64,000 nt of DNA from Candidatus Omnitrophota bacterium (GTDB lineage: Bacteria; Omnitrophota; Gorgyraeia; Zapsychrales; Zapsychraceae). Numbering within the stretch: the stretch's first letter is position 1; each line of letters opens with the position of its first letter. A program made the translations under genes and the position numbers. This document shows positions 52,445 through 62,314 of the stretch, in pieces. The stretch lies in the NCBI GenBank assembly GCA_050250375.1, contig JBFWOS010000003.1, positions 739,359 to 803,358 on the forward strand, given 5' to 3'. The notes beneath the pieces were generated by a model. The model saw only the letters and a program-made list of their open reading frames with translations. It did no database searches and had not been told where the DNA came from.

Positions 52445-53262
52445 TAAAAGGTATGACAGGATTTGGATGCTCGCAGATAGCATCTGGAGAAATGAAGGCC
52501 ATAGTCGAAATCAAAAGCCTCAACCATCGATATCTTGATATTAATTTTTATTTACCCATTGGCTTTGGGTCTATTGAACAAAGTATACGCCAATTAATCC
52601 AAAAATATATTGAAAGAGGCCGGGTGACTGTATCGATTAAAATTATTGATAAACCCAGTCAAACAATTATTTGTCATAAAGACACAATAAAGAAGCACTT
52701 GAATTATGCAAATCAATTAAAAAAAGAGTTTAATTTAAAAAATGATCTAACGCTTTCGGATATAGTTAAGTTGCCGGGAGTATTTGAAATAAAAGAAACG
52801 TTAATTTATCCGGAACAAATTTGGCCAAGCTTAAATAAGAGCATGACTAAAGCGTTGATTGCTCTTGAGAAAATGCGGAAAAGTGAAGGCCGCAGTCTTT
52901 CCGGCGACGTTTCTGATCAGTTACAGAAAATGAGCGAACAAATTCAAATCATTCTAAAAAAATCAAAAGAATTATTAAAGGAAAAGAAGAAAAAATTAAC
53001 AGCTGAAGAATACACTTCTTATCAAAAAAGTTCCGATATAAATGAAGAAATATCCCGATTAAAACATTATATCGCTGAGGTAAAGATTCTGTTGAAAGCT
53101 AAGATATCCGTCGGGAAAAATGTGGATTTTATCGCTCAAGAAATGCAACGCGAAACAAACACTATTGGCTCCAAACTGCAAGTTACGGCTATATCCAACG
53201 CGGTTATTACATTGAAAAGCAAGATTGAAAAGATCCGCGAGCAAGCGCAAAATATTGAGTAG
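52435..53262 (+). CDS. yicC: YicC-family protein (YicC_N / DUF1732)
   Basis: N-term MTGFG…IKSLNHRYLDI typical of YicC; conserved adjacency to gmk. Confidence 0.65.
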   Translation: MEMIKGMTGFGCSQIASGEMKAIVEIKSLNHRYLDINFYLPIGFGSIEQSIRQLIQKYIERGRVTVSIKIIDKPSQTIICHKDTIKKHLNYANQLKKEFNLKNDLTLSDIVKLPGVFEIKETLIYPEQIWPSLNKSMTKALIALEKMRKSEGRSLSGDVSDQLQKMSEQIQIILKKSKELLKEKKKKLTAEEYTSYQKSSDINEEISRLKHYIAEVKILLKAKISVGKNVDFIAQEMQRETNTIGSKLQVTAISNAVITLKSKIEKIREQAQNIE

Positions 53263-53282
53263 CCGGAAAATTTAAAAACGAT

Positions 53283-53897
53283 ATGTCTAAAAACAAAAAT
53301 AAGGGCAAAATTATTATTTTATCCGGCCCTTCAGGCGCAGGTAAAACCACTCTCTACAAAGACCTTCTTAAAAAAAACAAAAATCTTGTAAAATCTGTTT
53401 CGGCAACGACCCGCCCCATGCGCACGGGTGAAGTTCACAAAAGGGATTATTTTTTTATAAGCTTTAAAATGTTTGCATATAAACTTAAAGCAGGGCACTT
53501 TTTGGAATATGAAAATTTTTTTGGTAATTATTATGGAACTCCGCACAAAGCGGTCCGGAATTTGGTCAGCTTAGGAAAAAACGTTTTGTTGTGTATTGAT
53601 GTTAACGGCGCTAAAAATGTAGTTAAAAAATATCCCAATGCAATTAAAATTTTTATTATGACTCCAACTATCGAAGATTTGAAGCAGCGGTTGCTTAAAA
53701 GAGGGTCGGAAGATTTAAGAACAATAGAAAATCGTTTAAAACGAGTAAAGCAGGAGTTAAACGAGGTAAAGAATTATGAATTTGTCATTGTAAATGACAA
53801 TTTATCCCAAGCCAAATCAAAACTTAATAAAATTATTAAGGGGCAAATAGGGCGTAGTTCAGAGGTAATGATGCGTAAGCCTAGCAAGGACATATAG
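53283..53897 (+). CDS. gmk: Guanylate kinase
   Basis: P-loop ILSGPSGAGKTTL; Gmk pattern. Confidence 0.8.
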   Translation: MSKNKNKGKIIILSGPSGAGKTTLYKDLLKKNKNLVKSVSATTRPMRTGEVHKRDYFFISFKMFAYKLKAGHFLEYENFFGNYYGTPHKAVRNLVSLGKNVLLCIDVNGAKNVVKKYPNAIKIFIMTPTIEDLKQRLLKRGSEDLRTIENRLKRVKQELNEVKNYEFVIVNDNLSQAKSKLNKIIKGQIGRSSEVMMRKPSKDI

Positions 53898-53968
53898 TTA
53901 AAAAATATGATTAAATTTGCTTACAGAACTTTCTTTTGACAATAGACGTGAGGTGTGTTAAATTACTC

Positions 53969-54000
53969 CCTATTATATTTTTATTATAATAGGTTTTTTT
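53969..54000 (+). terminator. Weak AT-rich hairpin plus T7 between gmk and rpoZ
   Basis: cctattata-ttttttat-tataatagg followed by ttttttt. A candidate TTGACA-17-TGtTAAATT promoter lies just upstream at 53936..53964. Confidence 0.35.
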
Positions 54001-54039
54001 ATGTAAATTTCATATTGAATTTATAGGAGGCAATTTGCA

Positions 54040-54306
54040 ATGGCACATCAACCGATTGAAGAACTTTTACCAAAATCCGGATACAGCGTATATCGATTAG
54101 TGCGTATGGCTGCAACGCGGGCATTAGAGTTGGCCGATGGCAAACCACCGCTTATTAAAAAGCCCTCAACGGACAAATTAACATCAATTGCGTTGGAAGA
54201 AATTTATCAAGGAAAGATCGAAACCTCAGGAGCTGCTGTAGTGCGGGAAGAAATGGAAAAAAGTCGAAATAGGAATACAAAGGCATCGGAAAGTGAACAA
54301 AAGTAA
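54040..54306 (+). CDS. rpoZ: DNA-directed RNA polymerase omega subunit
   Basis: …YRLVRMAATRALEL…; gmk-rpoZ synteny; SD TAGGAGG. Confidence 0.8.
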   Translation: MAHQPIEELLPKSGYSVYRLVRMAATRALELADGKPPLIKKPSTDKLTSIALEEIYQGKIETSGAAVVREEMEKSRNRNTKASESEQK

Positions 54307-54311
54307 AGCCA

Positions 54312-54854
54312 GTGACGAAAAAACAAAGAATTATATTAGGTGTTACGGGAAGTATTGCCGCGTATCGGTCAGCAGATATTGTTAGGGGGTTTATTGAAAA
54401 GGGGTTAAGAGTATCGGTTGTGATGACAAAATCAGCCGAAAACTTTATAACCCCTTTGACATTATCGAGCTTAAGCGGTGAAAAAGTCTATACATCCATG
54501 TTTGACGACTCGATCGATGGTAAAATGATACATATAAATTTAGCTGGTGAGGCGGACGCCTTGCTCATAGCACCGGCAACGGCTGATATTATTGGTAAAT
54601 TATCTAATGGGTTAGCCGACGATCTTTTGACATGCATTGCTCTAGGAACAAAAGCCCCGATACTCTTGGCCCCTGCAATGAATACAGAAATGTATCAGAA
54701 CAAAATTGTCCAGGATAACTGTGCAAAATTGAAAAATTATGGGATGAAATTTATAGATCCTGTAAAAGGTAAATTAGCCTGCGGGGTTACCGGTGAAGGA
54801 CACATTGCGGACCAGCAAACAATTATTAAGGCAGTTCTAGCGGCCTTGAAGTAG
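54312..54854 (+). CDS. coaC: Phosphopantothenoylcysteine decarboxylase (CoaC flavoprotein domain only, 180 aa)
   Basis: ILGVTGSIAAYRSADIVRGF flavoprotein N-term; no CoaB domain follows (tRNA genes follow instead). Confidence 0.65.
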   Translation: MTKKQRIILGVTGSIAAYRSADIVRGFIEKGLRVSVVMTKSAENFITPLTLSSLSGEKVYTSMFDDSIDGKMIHINLAGEADALLIAPATADIIGKLSNGLADDLLTCIALGTKAPILLAPAMNTEMYQNKIVQDNCAKLKNYGMKFIDPVKGKLACGVTGEGHIADQQTIIKAVLAALK

Positions 54855-54859
54855 ATATT

Positions 54860-54934
54860 GGCGTGGTAGCCAAGTGGTAAGGCGGAGGCCTGCAAAGCCT
54901 TTATTCACCGGTTCGATTCCGGTCCACGCCTCCA
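54860..54934 (+). tRNA. tRNA-Cys (GCA), CCA encoded
   Basis: Acceptor GGCGTGG/CCACGCC; anticodon loop CTGCAAA; T-arm GGTTCGATTCC. Confidence 0.85.
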
Positions 54935-54948
54935 TATTTGAAGCTGTT

Positions 54949-55031
54949 GGGCAAGTGGTGGAATGGCATACACGTTGGACTTAAAATCCAATGGCCGTAA
55001 GGCTGTGTGGGTTCGACTCCCACCTTGCCCA
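54949..55031 (+). tRNA. tRNA-Leu (UAA), long variable arm, no encoded CCA
   Basis: Acceptor GGGCAAG/CTTGCCC; anticodon arm TTGGA-CTTAAAA-TCCAA; T-arm GGGTTCGACTCCC. Confidence 0.8.
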
Positions 55032-55184
55032 TTTATATTTGTTTGCAAGAGTGGCAAACAAAACTATGACAACATAGGGCTTTCTCAAAATTTATTATAT
55101 CTGATATCGTTTTGTAATTAAAAGCGGGGGTGTTCCCGGCCAAATATATAAATTTTTATGAAAAAATGTAAACAATAAAAATAT

Positions 55185-55261
55185 GGACCCGTAGCTCAGT
55201 TGGTTAGAGTGTTACCTTGACATGGTAAAGGTCAGAGGTTCGAGCCCTCTCGGGTCCACCA
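55185..55261 (+). tRNA. tRNA-Val (GAC), CCA encoded
   Basis: GGACCCGTAGCTCAGTTGGTTAGAGTG…; anticodon loop TTGACAT; GGTTCGAGCCC T-arm. Confidence 0.85.
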
Positions 55262-55282
55262 TTTATAAAGGGAGAATATAAG

Positions 55283-55843
55283 ATGAAATTAAAATTAATT
55301 TGTTTGTTAATGGTGCTGAGTTTAGGCTGTATCGCTAAGGATGGATTTTGCGATGAGGTTTCGAAAAGAGAGAAAACAGAAAAACTTTTAATTTTGTTAA
55401 AAGTCGATCAGCAAATGGCTGTAACAAACGAACGGATGAAATTGACCGCGAAACGACAGCTGAGTGCATCTAACTTGCCTCAGAATTTACTGGAAAGAAT
55501 GGAGAAAATTTTTGATAAACAATTTGATCTTATTGCGCAAGCGACGAGTTGGGAATTAACCAAGAATGAACTTATTGGGGCGTATTCAACTGTTTTTACG
55601 GAAGAAGAAATTGAAAATTTAAATAATTTTTATGAAAGTGACCTCGGGCGAAAACTTGTAGAAAAATTACCTGAGCTTTTTACAAAAGGAATGGAAATCG
55701 GTCAGGAAAAGTTATTGGCAAAACAGTCCGAAATTCAGAAAACGATGATGGAAGAGTGGGTTAAATTTGAAGCCTCCTTGACCGAAGAAGAACGAAAACT
55801 ATTTCAAATGAATTCAGTGCCCGCTAATGGAATGCAAAACTGA
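55283..55843 (+). CDS. Secreted DUF2059-family protein
   Basis: Signal peptide/lipobox LSLGC; …FYESDLGRKLVEKLP… resembles the DUF2059 motif; overlaps the thrS start by 17 nt. Confidence 0.45.
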   Translation: MKLKLICLLMVLSLGCIAKDGFCDEVSKREKTEKLLILLKVDQQMAVTNERMKLTAKRQLSASNLPQNLLERMEKIFDKQFDLIAQATSWELTKNELIGAYSTVFTEEEIENLNNFYESDLGRKLVEKLPELFTKGMEIGQEKLLAKQSEIQKTMMEEWVKFEASLTEEERKLFQMNSVPANGMQN

Positions 55844-57560
55844 TTTAGATAAGTTAAGACACAGCTGTTCGCATATAATGGCCCAGGCTGTACAGGAAAT
55901 TTGGCCGGAAACAAAAGTGACGATTGGCCCCGCTATTGATAACGGTTTCTATTATGATTTTGATAAAAAAGATCCATTCACGGATCAAGATCTTAAAAAA
56001 ATAGAAAAGCGGATGCGAAAAATAATTGAACGTAAACCGGCGTTTAAACAAACTTTCATGCCGAGGCAAGAGGCGATTTCATTTTTTAAAGAAAAGGCCC
56101 AGCCTTACAAAGTTGAGCTCATTGAAAATTTGGAAGATAGTGAAGTATCTATATTTCATACTGGTGAGGAGTGGTTGGATTTATGTAAGGGTCCTCATAT
56201 TGAAAATGCCGGAGCCATTAAGGCATTTAAGCTGCTGTCGGTAGCAGGGGCGTATTGGCGGGGTGATGTCAATAAACCCCAGCTTCAACGGATATATGGC
56301 ACGGCCTTTTTTTCTCAGGAAGAACTGGATGCTTACCTTAAGCTTTTGGAAGAAGCCCAAAAAAGGGATCATAGGAAATTAGGTCCTCAGCTAGATCTTT
56401 ACAATATTTATCAGGAATCCGCAGGCGCCGGCTTGATTTTTTACCCGCCGGCAGGGGCAACCTTACGAAATACTATTGAGAATTATGTGCGGGAAGAAAA
56501 TATAAAAAGAGGGTATGAATTGGTTATAACCCCCCATTTGTTACGAGGAAAATTGTGGGATAAAAGCGGTCATTCAGGACATTATAGGGAAAACATGTAT
56601 TATCTTGATATTGATAACGAAGAATACGCCGTAAAACCAATGAATTGCCCCGGCCATAATTTAATATATAACTCAAAAGTACGCTCTTATAGAGAGTTGC
56701 CGATTCGGTTTTTTGAATTGGGAACGGTTTATCGTCAAGAAAAGGCCGGAGTTTTACATGGGCTTTTGCGCGTGCGCGGATTTACCCAAGATGATGCCCA
56801 CATTTATTGCCGTGAAGATCAATTGAAAGATGAAATAAAAAATGTTATCGATTTTGTTTTTAGCATTTCGAATGATTTTGGATTTAAAGATATAGAAATT
56901 GAATTGAGTACACAACCTGAAAAATTTATCGGAGAACAAAAGAATTGGGATCATGCTACAAAAACATTAAAGGAATCGTTAGAGGAAAAGGAAATTAAAT
57001 ATAAAATCAATGAAGGTGACGGGGCGTTTTACGGACCGAAAATAGATTTCAAATTAAGGGACGCATTAAATCGTGAGTGGCAATGTGCAACGATACAGTG
57101 TGATTTTTCATTGCCGGAACGATTCGATTTAACTTATGTAAATGAAGAAGGAAATCGAGTGCGTCCGATAATGATCCATCGGGCAATATTAGGAAGCGTC
57201 GAAAGATTTATAGGAACCTTGATTGAACATTTTGCCGGGGCGTTTCCTTTATGGTTGGCGCCAACCCAAGTTTTGATCGTACCCATTAGAGATGAGCATG
57301 TTGCATATGCGACGCTTCTAAAAGGAGATTTACAAAATAAAGGATTTAGAGTTATAATTGATCAGCGCAATGAAAGCCTTAACAAAAAAATTAGAGAAGG
57401 AACGATGAAAAAAATCCCATATTTGTTAATTATTGGGGATAAAGAAGTTAGTGAGCAGAGAGTTTCAATTAGAAAATATGCTGAGCAGGGCGATACTGAG
57501 ATTATGTCGATTGAAGAGCTGACTGAGTGTATGTTAAGTGAACTAAAAAATAAAAAATAA
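55827..57560 (+). CDS. thrS: Threonine--tRNA ligase (lacks N-terminal TGS domain)
   Basis: Starts at the editing-domain HSCSHIMAQA motif; class II core and anticodon-binding domain. Confidence 0.85.
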   Translation: MECKTDLDKLRHSCSHIMAQAVQEIWPETKVTIGPAIDNGFYYDFDKKDPFTDQDLKKIEKRMRKIIERKPAFKQTFMPRQEAISFFKEKAQPYKVELIENLEDSEVSIFHTGEEWLDLCKGPHIENAGAIKAFKLLSVAGAYWRGDVNKPQLQRIYGTAFFSQEELDAYLKLLEEAQKRDHRKLGPQLDLYNIYQESAGAGLIFYPPAGATLRNTIENYVREENIKRGYELVITPHLLRGKLWDKSGHSGHYRENMYYLDIDNEEYAVKPMNCPGHNLIYNSKVRSYRELPIRFFELGTVYRQEKAGVLHGLLRVRGFTQDDAHIYCREDQLKDEIKNVIDFVFSISNDFGFKDIEIELSTQPEKFIGEQKNWDHATKTLKESLEEKEIKYKINEGDGAFYGPKIDFKLRDALNREWQCATIQCDFSLPERFDLTYVNEEGNRVRPIMIHRAILGSVERFIGTLIEHFAGAFPLWLAPTQVLIVPIRDEHVAYATLLKGDLQNKGFRVIIDQRNESLNKKIREGTMKKIPYLLIIGDKEVSEQRVSIRKYAEQGDTEIMSIEELTECMLSELKNKK

Positions 57561-57570
57561 TTACGGAGGT

Positions 57571-58095
57571 GTGGCTATTAGAAAGTTTACAAGAATTAAT
57601 GATCGGATTAAGGCCCAGGAGGTTCGGGTTATAGGCCCGGATTCTGAACAATTAGGCGTAGTAGTTTTAAGCCGTGCGTTGGTTTTGGCTCAAGAACATG
57701 AGCTTGATTTGGTTGAGATTGCTCCGACAGCAAACCCGCCTGTTTGCCGAATAATGGATTATAGTAAATTTAAGTATGATCAGGAGAAAAAAGAACGGCG
57801 GATAAAAAAGAACCAACATGTGACGCATTTGAAACAAATCAGACTGAAGCCGCATATCGGAGAGTCGGATTATCAAATAAAGCTTAGACAAGCTATAAAC
57901 TTTTTAAAGAAAAAAGATAAAGTAAAGGCTAATATGTTTTTCCGGGGGCGTGAATTGATGCATAGGGATTTGGGCAAGGAAATATTAGACCGTCTAATTA
58001 AGGACATAGCTGAACACGGGACACCCGAAAAATCCCCATCAATGGAGGGGAAGGTCATGTCCGTGTTATTTAATCCACTTACGGAAAAAAAATAA
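57571..58095 (+). CDS. infC: Translation initiation factor IF-3 (GTG start)
   Basis: …RINDRIKAQEVRVIGPDSEQLGV…; thrS-infC-rpmI-rplT synteny; GGAGG SD. Confidence 0.85.
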   Translation: MAIRKFTRINDRIKAQEVRVIGPDSEQLGVVVLSRALVLAQEHELDLVEIAPTANPPVCRIMDYSKFKYDQEKKERRIKKNQHVTHLKQIRLKPHIGESDYQIKLRQAINFLKKKDKVKANMFFRGRELMHRDLGKEILDRLIKDIAEHGTPEKSPSMEGKVMSVLFNPLTEKK

Positions 58096-58175
58096 TTTTG
58101 CATATTAACCACAGGGGTTTCCCATGACAGCGTTTTTATGCGTATTATGAAAAGTTTAGAAAGAGAGGATAAAAA

Positions 58176-58373
58176 ATGCCAAAATTGAAAACAAATAAAT
58201 CTGCGGCGAAGCGGTTTAAAATTACCAAAACAGGTAAGCTTAAGAAAAGAAGCGCTCGTCGGGGACATATTTTAGGAAAAATGACTCGAAAATCAAAAAG
58301 AAAATTGCGTCAGAGCGGATATGTTTCAAAAGTAGATGCAAAAAGGATAAGGAGGTTGTTGCCATATGGTTAG
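58176..58373 (+). CDS. rpmI: 50S ribosomal protein L35
   Basis: MPKLKTNKSAAKRFKITKTGK…. Confidence 0.85.
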   Translation: MPKLKTNKSAAKRFKITKTGKLKKRSARRGHILGKMTRKSKRKLRQSGYVSKVDAKRIRRLLPYG

Positions 58374-58764
58374 GATTAAAACATCTGTTGCCTCGCACAG
58401 AAGAAAAAAGCGTGTATTAAAGGAAGCAAAGGGACAATTTGGCCATCGAAGTCGACGATACCTTCAAGCAAAAAGATCCGTTATTAAAGGGTTAGTCTAT
58501 GAATATCGCGACAGGAAAGTAAAAAAACGTGAATTCAAGCGGCTCTGGATTATTCGTATTAACGCGGCTTGTCAGGAGTCAGGCATAAAATATAGTCGGT
58601 TTATTAAAGGTCTGACGGATGCAAAAGTAGAAGTTAACCGAAAAGTAATTGCTGAATTAGCGGTAAGTTCTCCAGACGCTTTTAAAAAACTTGTTACTAT
58701 TGCCCAAGAAGCAAAACCTGAAAAAATGGTCAATAAAGAAAAGAAACAAAAAGTAACAAGTTAA
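58366..58764 (+). CDS. rplT: 50S ribosomal protein L20
   Basis: MVRIKTSVASHRRKKRVLK…. Confidence 0.85.
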   Translation: MVRIKTSVASHRRKKRVLKEAKGQFGHRSRRYLQAKRSVIKGLVYEYRDRKVKKREFKRLWIIRINAACQESGIKYSRFIKGLTDAKVEVNRKVIAELAVSSPDAFKKLVTIAQEAKPEKMVNKEKKQKVTS

Positions 58765-58788
58765 CGCATAAATTAGTTAGAATAAATT

Positions 58789-58825
58789 AAATTGGGCCCT
58801 TAATATAGGGCCCAATTTTATTATT
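58789..58825 (+). terminator. Intrinsic terminator after rplT
   Basis: aaattgggccc-ttaatata-gggcccaattt perfect 11-bp stem, followed by a T-rich tail. Confidence 0.7.
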
Positions 58826-58908
58826 AAAATTATTTGCAAGAATCGAAACATTTCCATCCATGGCGTACCTCGCGGGGATTTCAAATAATAATTTAAATAG
58901 AGACTAAG

Positions 58909-59919
58909 ATGCTTTGGGATTTTGAAAAAATAAAATTGGATATAAATAAAGAGGCCCAATCGCTTTCCAACGATCAGGATTTAGAAACATTCAGAATTAA
59001 ATATCTTGGAAAAAAAGGACTTATTCAGGATATATATGCCTCTTTAGTTAAAGTCTCAAATGAAGAAAAGCCTTTATTGGGGAAGAGCGCAAATGAAATC
59101 AAACTTCTAGCAAATTCTTTGCTGGAAGAAAAGAAACAAGCCATAAAGGCCAATCAATCACGTCTCCAGAATTATACCATTGATCCAACAATTCCAGGAG
59201 TGGCGCAGGCCATAGGACATAAACACATCCTGACTCAGACCATTGAAGAAATATGCCAAATTTTTGAAAAATTAGGATTCGTCATTCAAGAAGGTCCTGA
59301 AATAGAAACAGAGTTTAATAATTTTACAGCGTTGAATATACCCGAAGATCATCCTTCCCGTGATGGATTTGATACATTTTATACGAACGTTCATGACCCT
59401 CAGAATAAGAACCGTCATTTGTTATTGAGAAGCCACACATCTCCAGGACAAATTCGCATCATGAAAGAATACAATCCGCCGTTAGCGGTCATAATACCCG
59501 GTAAGGTTTATCGTCCGGATGCGGTTGATGCCAGTCATTCATTTATGTTTCATCAGATTGAAGGGTTATTGGTGGATAAAGATGTAAAATTTTCCGATTT
59601 AAAGGGACTTCTATCGAGCTTTTGTAAAAGTCTTTTCGGGAAAGATATCAAGATGCGTTTTCGACCGCATTTTTTTCCATTTACTGAGCCATCAGCCGAA
59701 GTTGACATTTCATGGAAGGGCGGAAAAAAAGAATGGCTGGAAATAATGGGGTGCGGGATGGTTCATCCAAAAGTATTTGAATACGCTGGCTATCCTAAGG
59801 GAAAATATACTGGTTTGGCTTTTGGGTTGGGCGTGGAACGGATGACAATGCTTAAATACGGAATTAATGATATAAGATTGTTTTATGAAAATGATAAACG
59901 TTTTTTGGAGCAGTTTTGA
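58909..59919 (+). CDS. pheS: Phenylalanine--tRNA ligase alpha subunit
   Basis: Class II motifs (…FRPHFFPFTEPSAEVDI…, GLAFGLGVERM). Confidence 0.85.
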   Translation: MLWDFEKIKLDINKEAQSLSNDQDLETFRIKYLGKKGLIQDIYASLVKVSNEEKPLLGKSANEIKLLANSLLEEKKQAIKANQSRLQNYTIDPTIPGVAQAIGHKHILTQTIEEICQIFEKLGFVIQEGPEIETEFNNFTALNIPEDHPSRDGFDTFYTNVHDPQNKNRHLLLRSHTSPGQIRIMKEYNPPLAVIIPGKVYRPDAVDASHSFMFHQIEGLLVDKDVKFSDLKGLLSSFCKSLFGKDIKMRFRPHFFPFTEPSAEVDISWKGGKKEWLEIMGCGMVHPKVFEYAGYPKGKYTGLAFGLGVERMTMLKYGINDIRLFYENDKRFLEQF

Positions 59920-59922
59920 GAG

Positions 59923-61950
59923 ATGAAAATTAGTTTAAATTGGTTAAAAGATTATGTAAAGCCCGGCGTAACTAAAGATATTCTTGCCCATAAATTAACT
60001 ATGGCCGGGCTAGAGGTAGAAAACGTCTCCACGAAGGATGGCGATACGGTGTTTGAGCTTGAAATAACGCCGAATCGTGCAGACTGCTTGAGTTTGCTGG
60101 GCTTGGCGCGTGAAATTTCTGCTATATTGGATAAACCGCTTATTGATCCACGTATTAAACCGACCGCCGCTCCTAAAGGAAAGATTCCAATTACTGTTCA
60201 AGAGACGAAAGACTGCCGCGTATACACAGCTGCTCTGATTGAGAATGTTATCGTCAAGGATTCGCCCAATTGGATAAAAGAAAGGATATCTGCGTTAGGT
60301 ATTCGTCCAATTAACAATTTGGTTGATATTACTAATTTTTGTTTAATGGCGTATGGACAGCCGCTACATGTTTTCGATTTTGATAAAATTGAAGGTGGCT
60401 ATGTGGAGGTTCGTCGTTCTAAAAAAGGCGAGAAAATAATAACGCTTGATGGTGTGGAGCGGGAGTTAGATCCATCAATTTTAGTTGTTGCAGACGCTAA
60501 AAAGCCGGTGGCAATCGCGGGTATTATGGGTGGGAAATTAACGGAAGTAACACCTACGACTAAAAATGTATTGCTTGAGAGTGCGTATTTTGACCCTATA
60601 GTAACCAGACGGGCGTCACGTAAGTTGGGTTTAACCAGTGATTCTTGTTATCGTTTTGAACGGGGAGTGGATATTGCTGGGGTTGTCAAGGTGTCACAAC
60701 GCGCCATAAATTTAATTTTGGAAATCGGTGGAGGAAAAATAATAAAATACGGAAAAGCAGGGTCAGTGGTTGTAAAAAATCAAAAGGCCATTACGTTGCG
60801 TTTGGAAAAAATTAACTCTTATCTGGGGTCAGAAATTTCATTGTCAAAGATAAAAAAAATAATGGCGCAGTTGAATTTTAAGGTAACTATATCTAAGGCG
60901 CTTATGAGTGTTGTTCCGCCGTCCTCTAGGAGTGATATAAAATCAGATGTGGACGTCATTGAGGAAATCGCAAGAATTATCGGATATGACAATTTGCCAG
61001 AGACCGTTCCAAATATCAAGATTTCAAATATAAAAACAAATCCGCAACGATTGACCAGGAACAGGATTAGAGACTTTATTATTGCGCAAGGATTCGACGA
61101 AGCGATTAGTTTTTCATTGCTTAACCGAAGCGCGCTAATACAATCAAAAGTACAGAGTGAAGATGTCGTTTACATAACAAATCCGTTATCATTGGATCAA
61201 GAGGTTCTGCAGCCGTCGATGCTGCCGTGTCTATTATCCGTTTTAAGAACGAATATTAATCGGGGACAAAAAGACTTGAAAGTATTTGAACTTGGAAAAA
61301 TTTATCTATCGAATGGAGAAGAACGTGAGATGGTAAGTTTGATTATGACCGGAACACAACGGCATGATTGGAGAGATCGGGTTAAACCATCCGTTGATAT
61401 TTACGATTTAAAAGGCACATTGGAGCAGATGTTTCATCATATGACAATTGAAGATGTCCAATTTATAAAAAAGGACAAGAATGTTCTAGAGCAGAACCAA
61501 AGTATAATTCTAGAAATAAATCAAAAGGAAATCGGTTATCTAGGTGAAGTTGACAATACAATTCTGCAGAATTACGGTATTAAGAAAGAAGGGGTTTTAT
61601 TCGCTCAAGTTGAAATTCCGTTTCAAAATATGATGGATCTAGGTAAACGAAAGTATGTTCCTTATTCCAATTTTCCAGCTATTATGCGCGATGTCAGCTT
61701 ATCGGTCGCGCAATCGGTCAATTTCGAAACTATTAGAGCCTTGGCAATGAAAGAAGGCGGCGACTTGTTGAAGTGGGTGTCGTTTACAGAGTTGTATCTA
61801 GGAGAGAAAATCCCTGCAGGTATGAAAGGGCTGATTTTTTCATTGTTATATCAATCGGATGAGAGGACCCTTACAGAAGGAGAGGTAAACGAAATTCACC
61901 AGAAAATCCTGAACAGTTTGACAGGTATTCTAAAGGCAACGATACGATAA
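59923..61950 (+). CDS. pheT: Phenylalanine--tRNA ligase beta subunit (short form, 675 aa)
   Basis: B3/B4, B5 and FDX-ACB arrangement; pheS-pheT synteny. Confidence 0.8.
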   Translation: MKISLNWLKDYVKPGVTKDILAHKLTMAGLEVENVSTKDGDTVFELEITPNRADCLSLLGLAREISAILDKPLIDPRIKPTAAPKGKIPITVQETKDCRVYTAALIENVIVKDSPNWIKERISALGIRPINNLVDITNFCLMAYGQPLHVFDFDKIEGGYVEVRRSKKGEKIITLDGVERELDPSILVVADAKKPVAIAGIMGGKLTEVTPTTKNVLLESAYFDPIVTRRASRKLGLTSDSCYRFERGVDIAGVVKVSQRAINLILEIGGGKIIKYGKAGSVVVKNQKAITLRLEKINSYLGSEISLSKIKKIMAQLNFKVTISKALMSVVPPSSRSDIKSDVDVIEEIARIIGYDNLPETVPNIKISNIKTNPQRLTRNRIRDFIIAQGFDEAISFSLLNRSALIQSKVQSEDVVYITNPLSLDQEVLQPSMLPCLLSVLRTNINRGQKDLKVFELGKIYLSNGEEREMVSLIMTGTQRHDWRDRVKPSVDIYDLKGTLEQMFHHMTIEDVQFIKKDKNVLEQNQSIILEINQKEIGYLGEVDNTILQNYGIKKEGVLFAQVEIPFQNMMDLGKRKYVPYSNFPAIMRDVSLSVAQSVNFETIRALAMKEGGDLLKWVSFTELYLGEKIPAGMKGLIFSLLYQSDERTLTEGEVNEIHQKILNSLTGILKATIR

Positions 61951-61986
61951 AATAGAATTTATTGACTATTATGTTATAATAGCTTC

Positions 61987-62260
61987 TAAAGAAACTCCCT
62001 GCTGTGTGCGTTAGGGGGATAAAAAAATGAACCTAACATGTAAAACGGGACGCCTAAGATCTAATTTGCCTTTGGGCTGTTAGCAAGGGTACCCACTTGG
62101 TGACTGGTTCACCATTTATATCTCTCGACGGCATGAGCGGGGATTTCACTTTTGTAAGACGTTGTATTTCAAGGCTTTAAAAATCGATTAGCCCCAAAAC
62201 CTATCCCTGAAACCATCTCTCCCAGGCCTTATAATTTAAGATTGTATAAATTTTAAAATA
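61987..62260 (+). ncRNA. ssrS: Candidate 6S RNA (ssrS) upstream of the 5-formyl-THF cyclo-ligase gene; boundaries approximate
   Basis: 364-nt ORF-free gap. Extended -10 TGtTATAAT at 61972..61980. Long-range complementarity, e.g. 62017..62038 (GGGGGATAAAAAAATGAACC) with 62107..62135 (GGTTCACCATTTATATCTCTC). The conserved ssrS-ygfA linkage is the main argument. Confidence 0.3.
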
Positions 62261-62314
62261 ATGTTATGATATGCCACATCATGAATTTAAAAAGGTCTAT
62301 TAATTAACTAAAAA

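Noticed and set aside
61951-62314. RNase P RNA, tmRNA or SRP RNA in the pheT to 5-FCL spacer
   Set aside because: Conserved signature motifs are absent: RNase P P4 AGGAAAGUCCGGGCU, tmRNA tRNA-like ends, SRP GGAAGCAGCC. 6S RNA kept as the only candidate.
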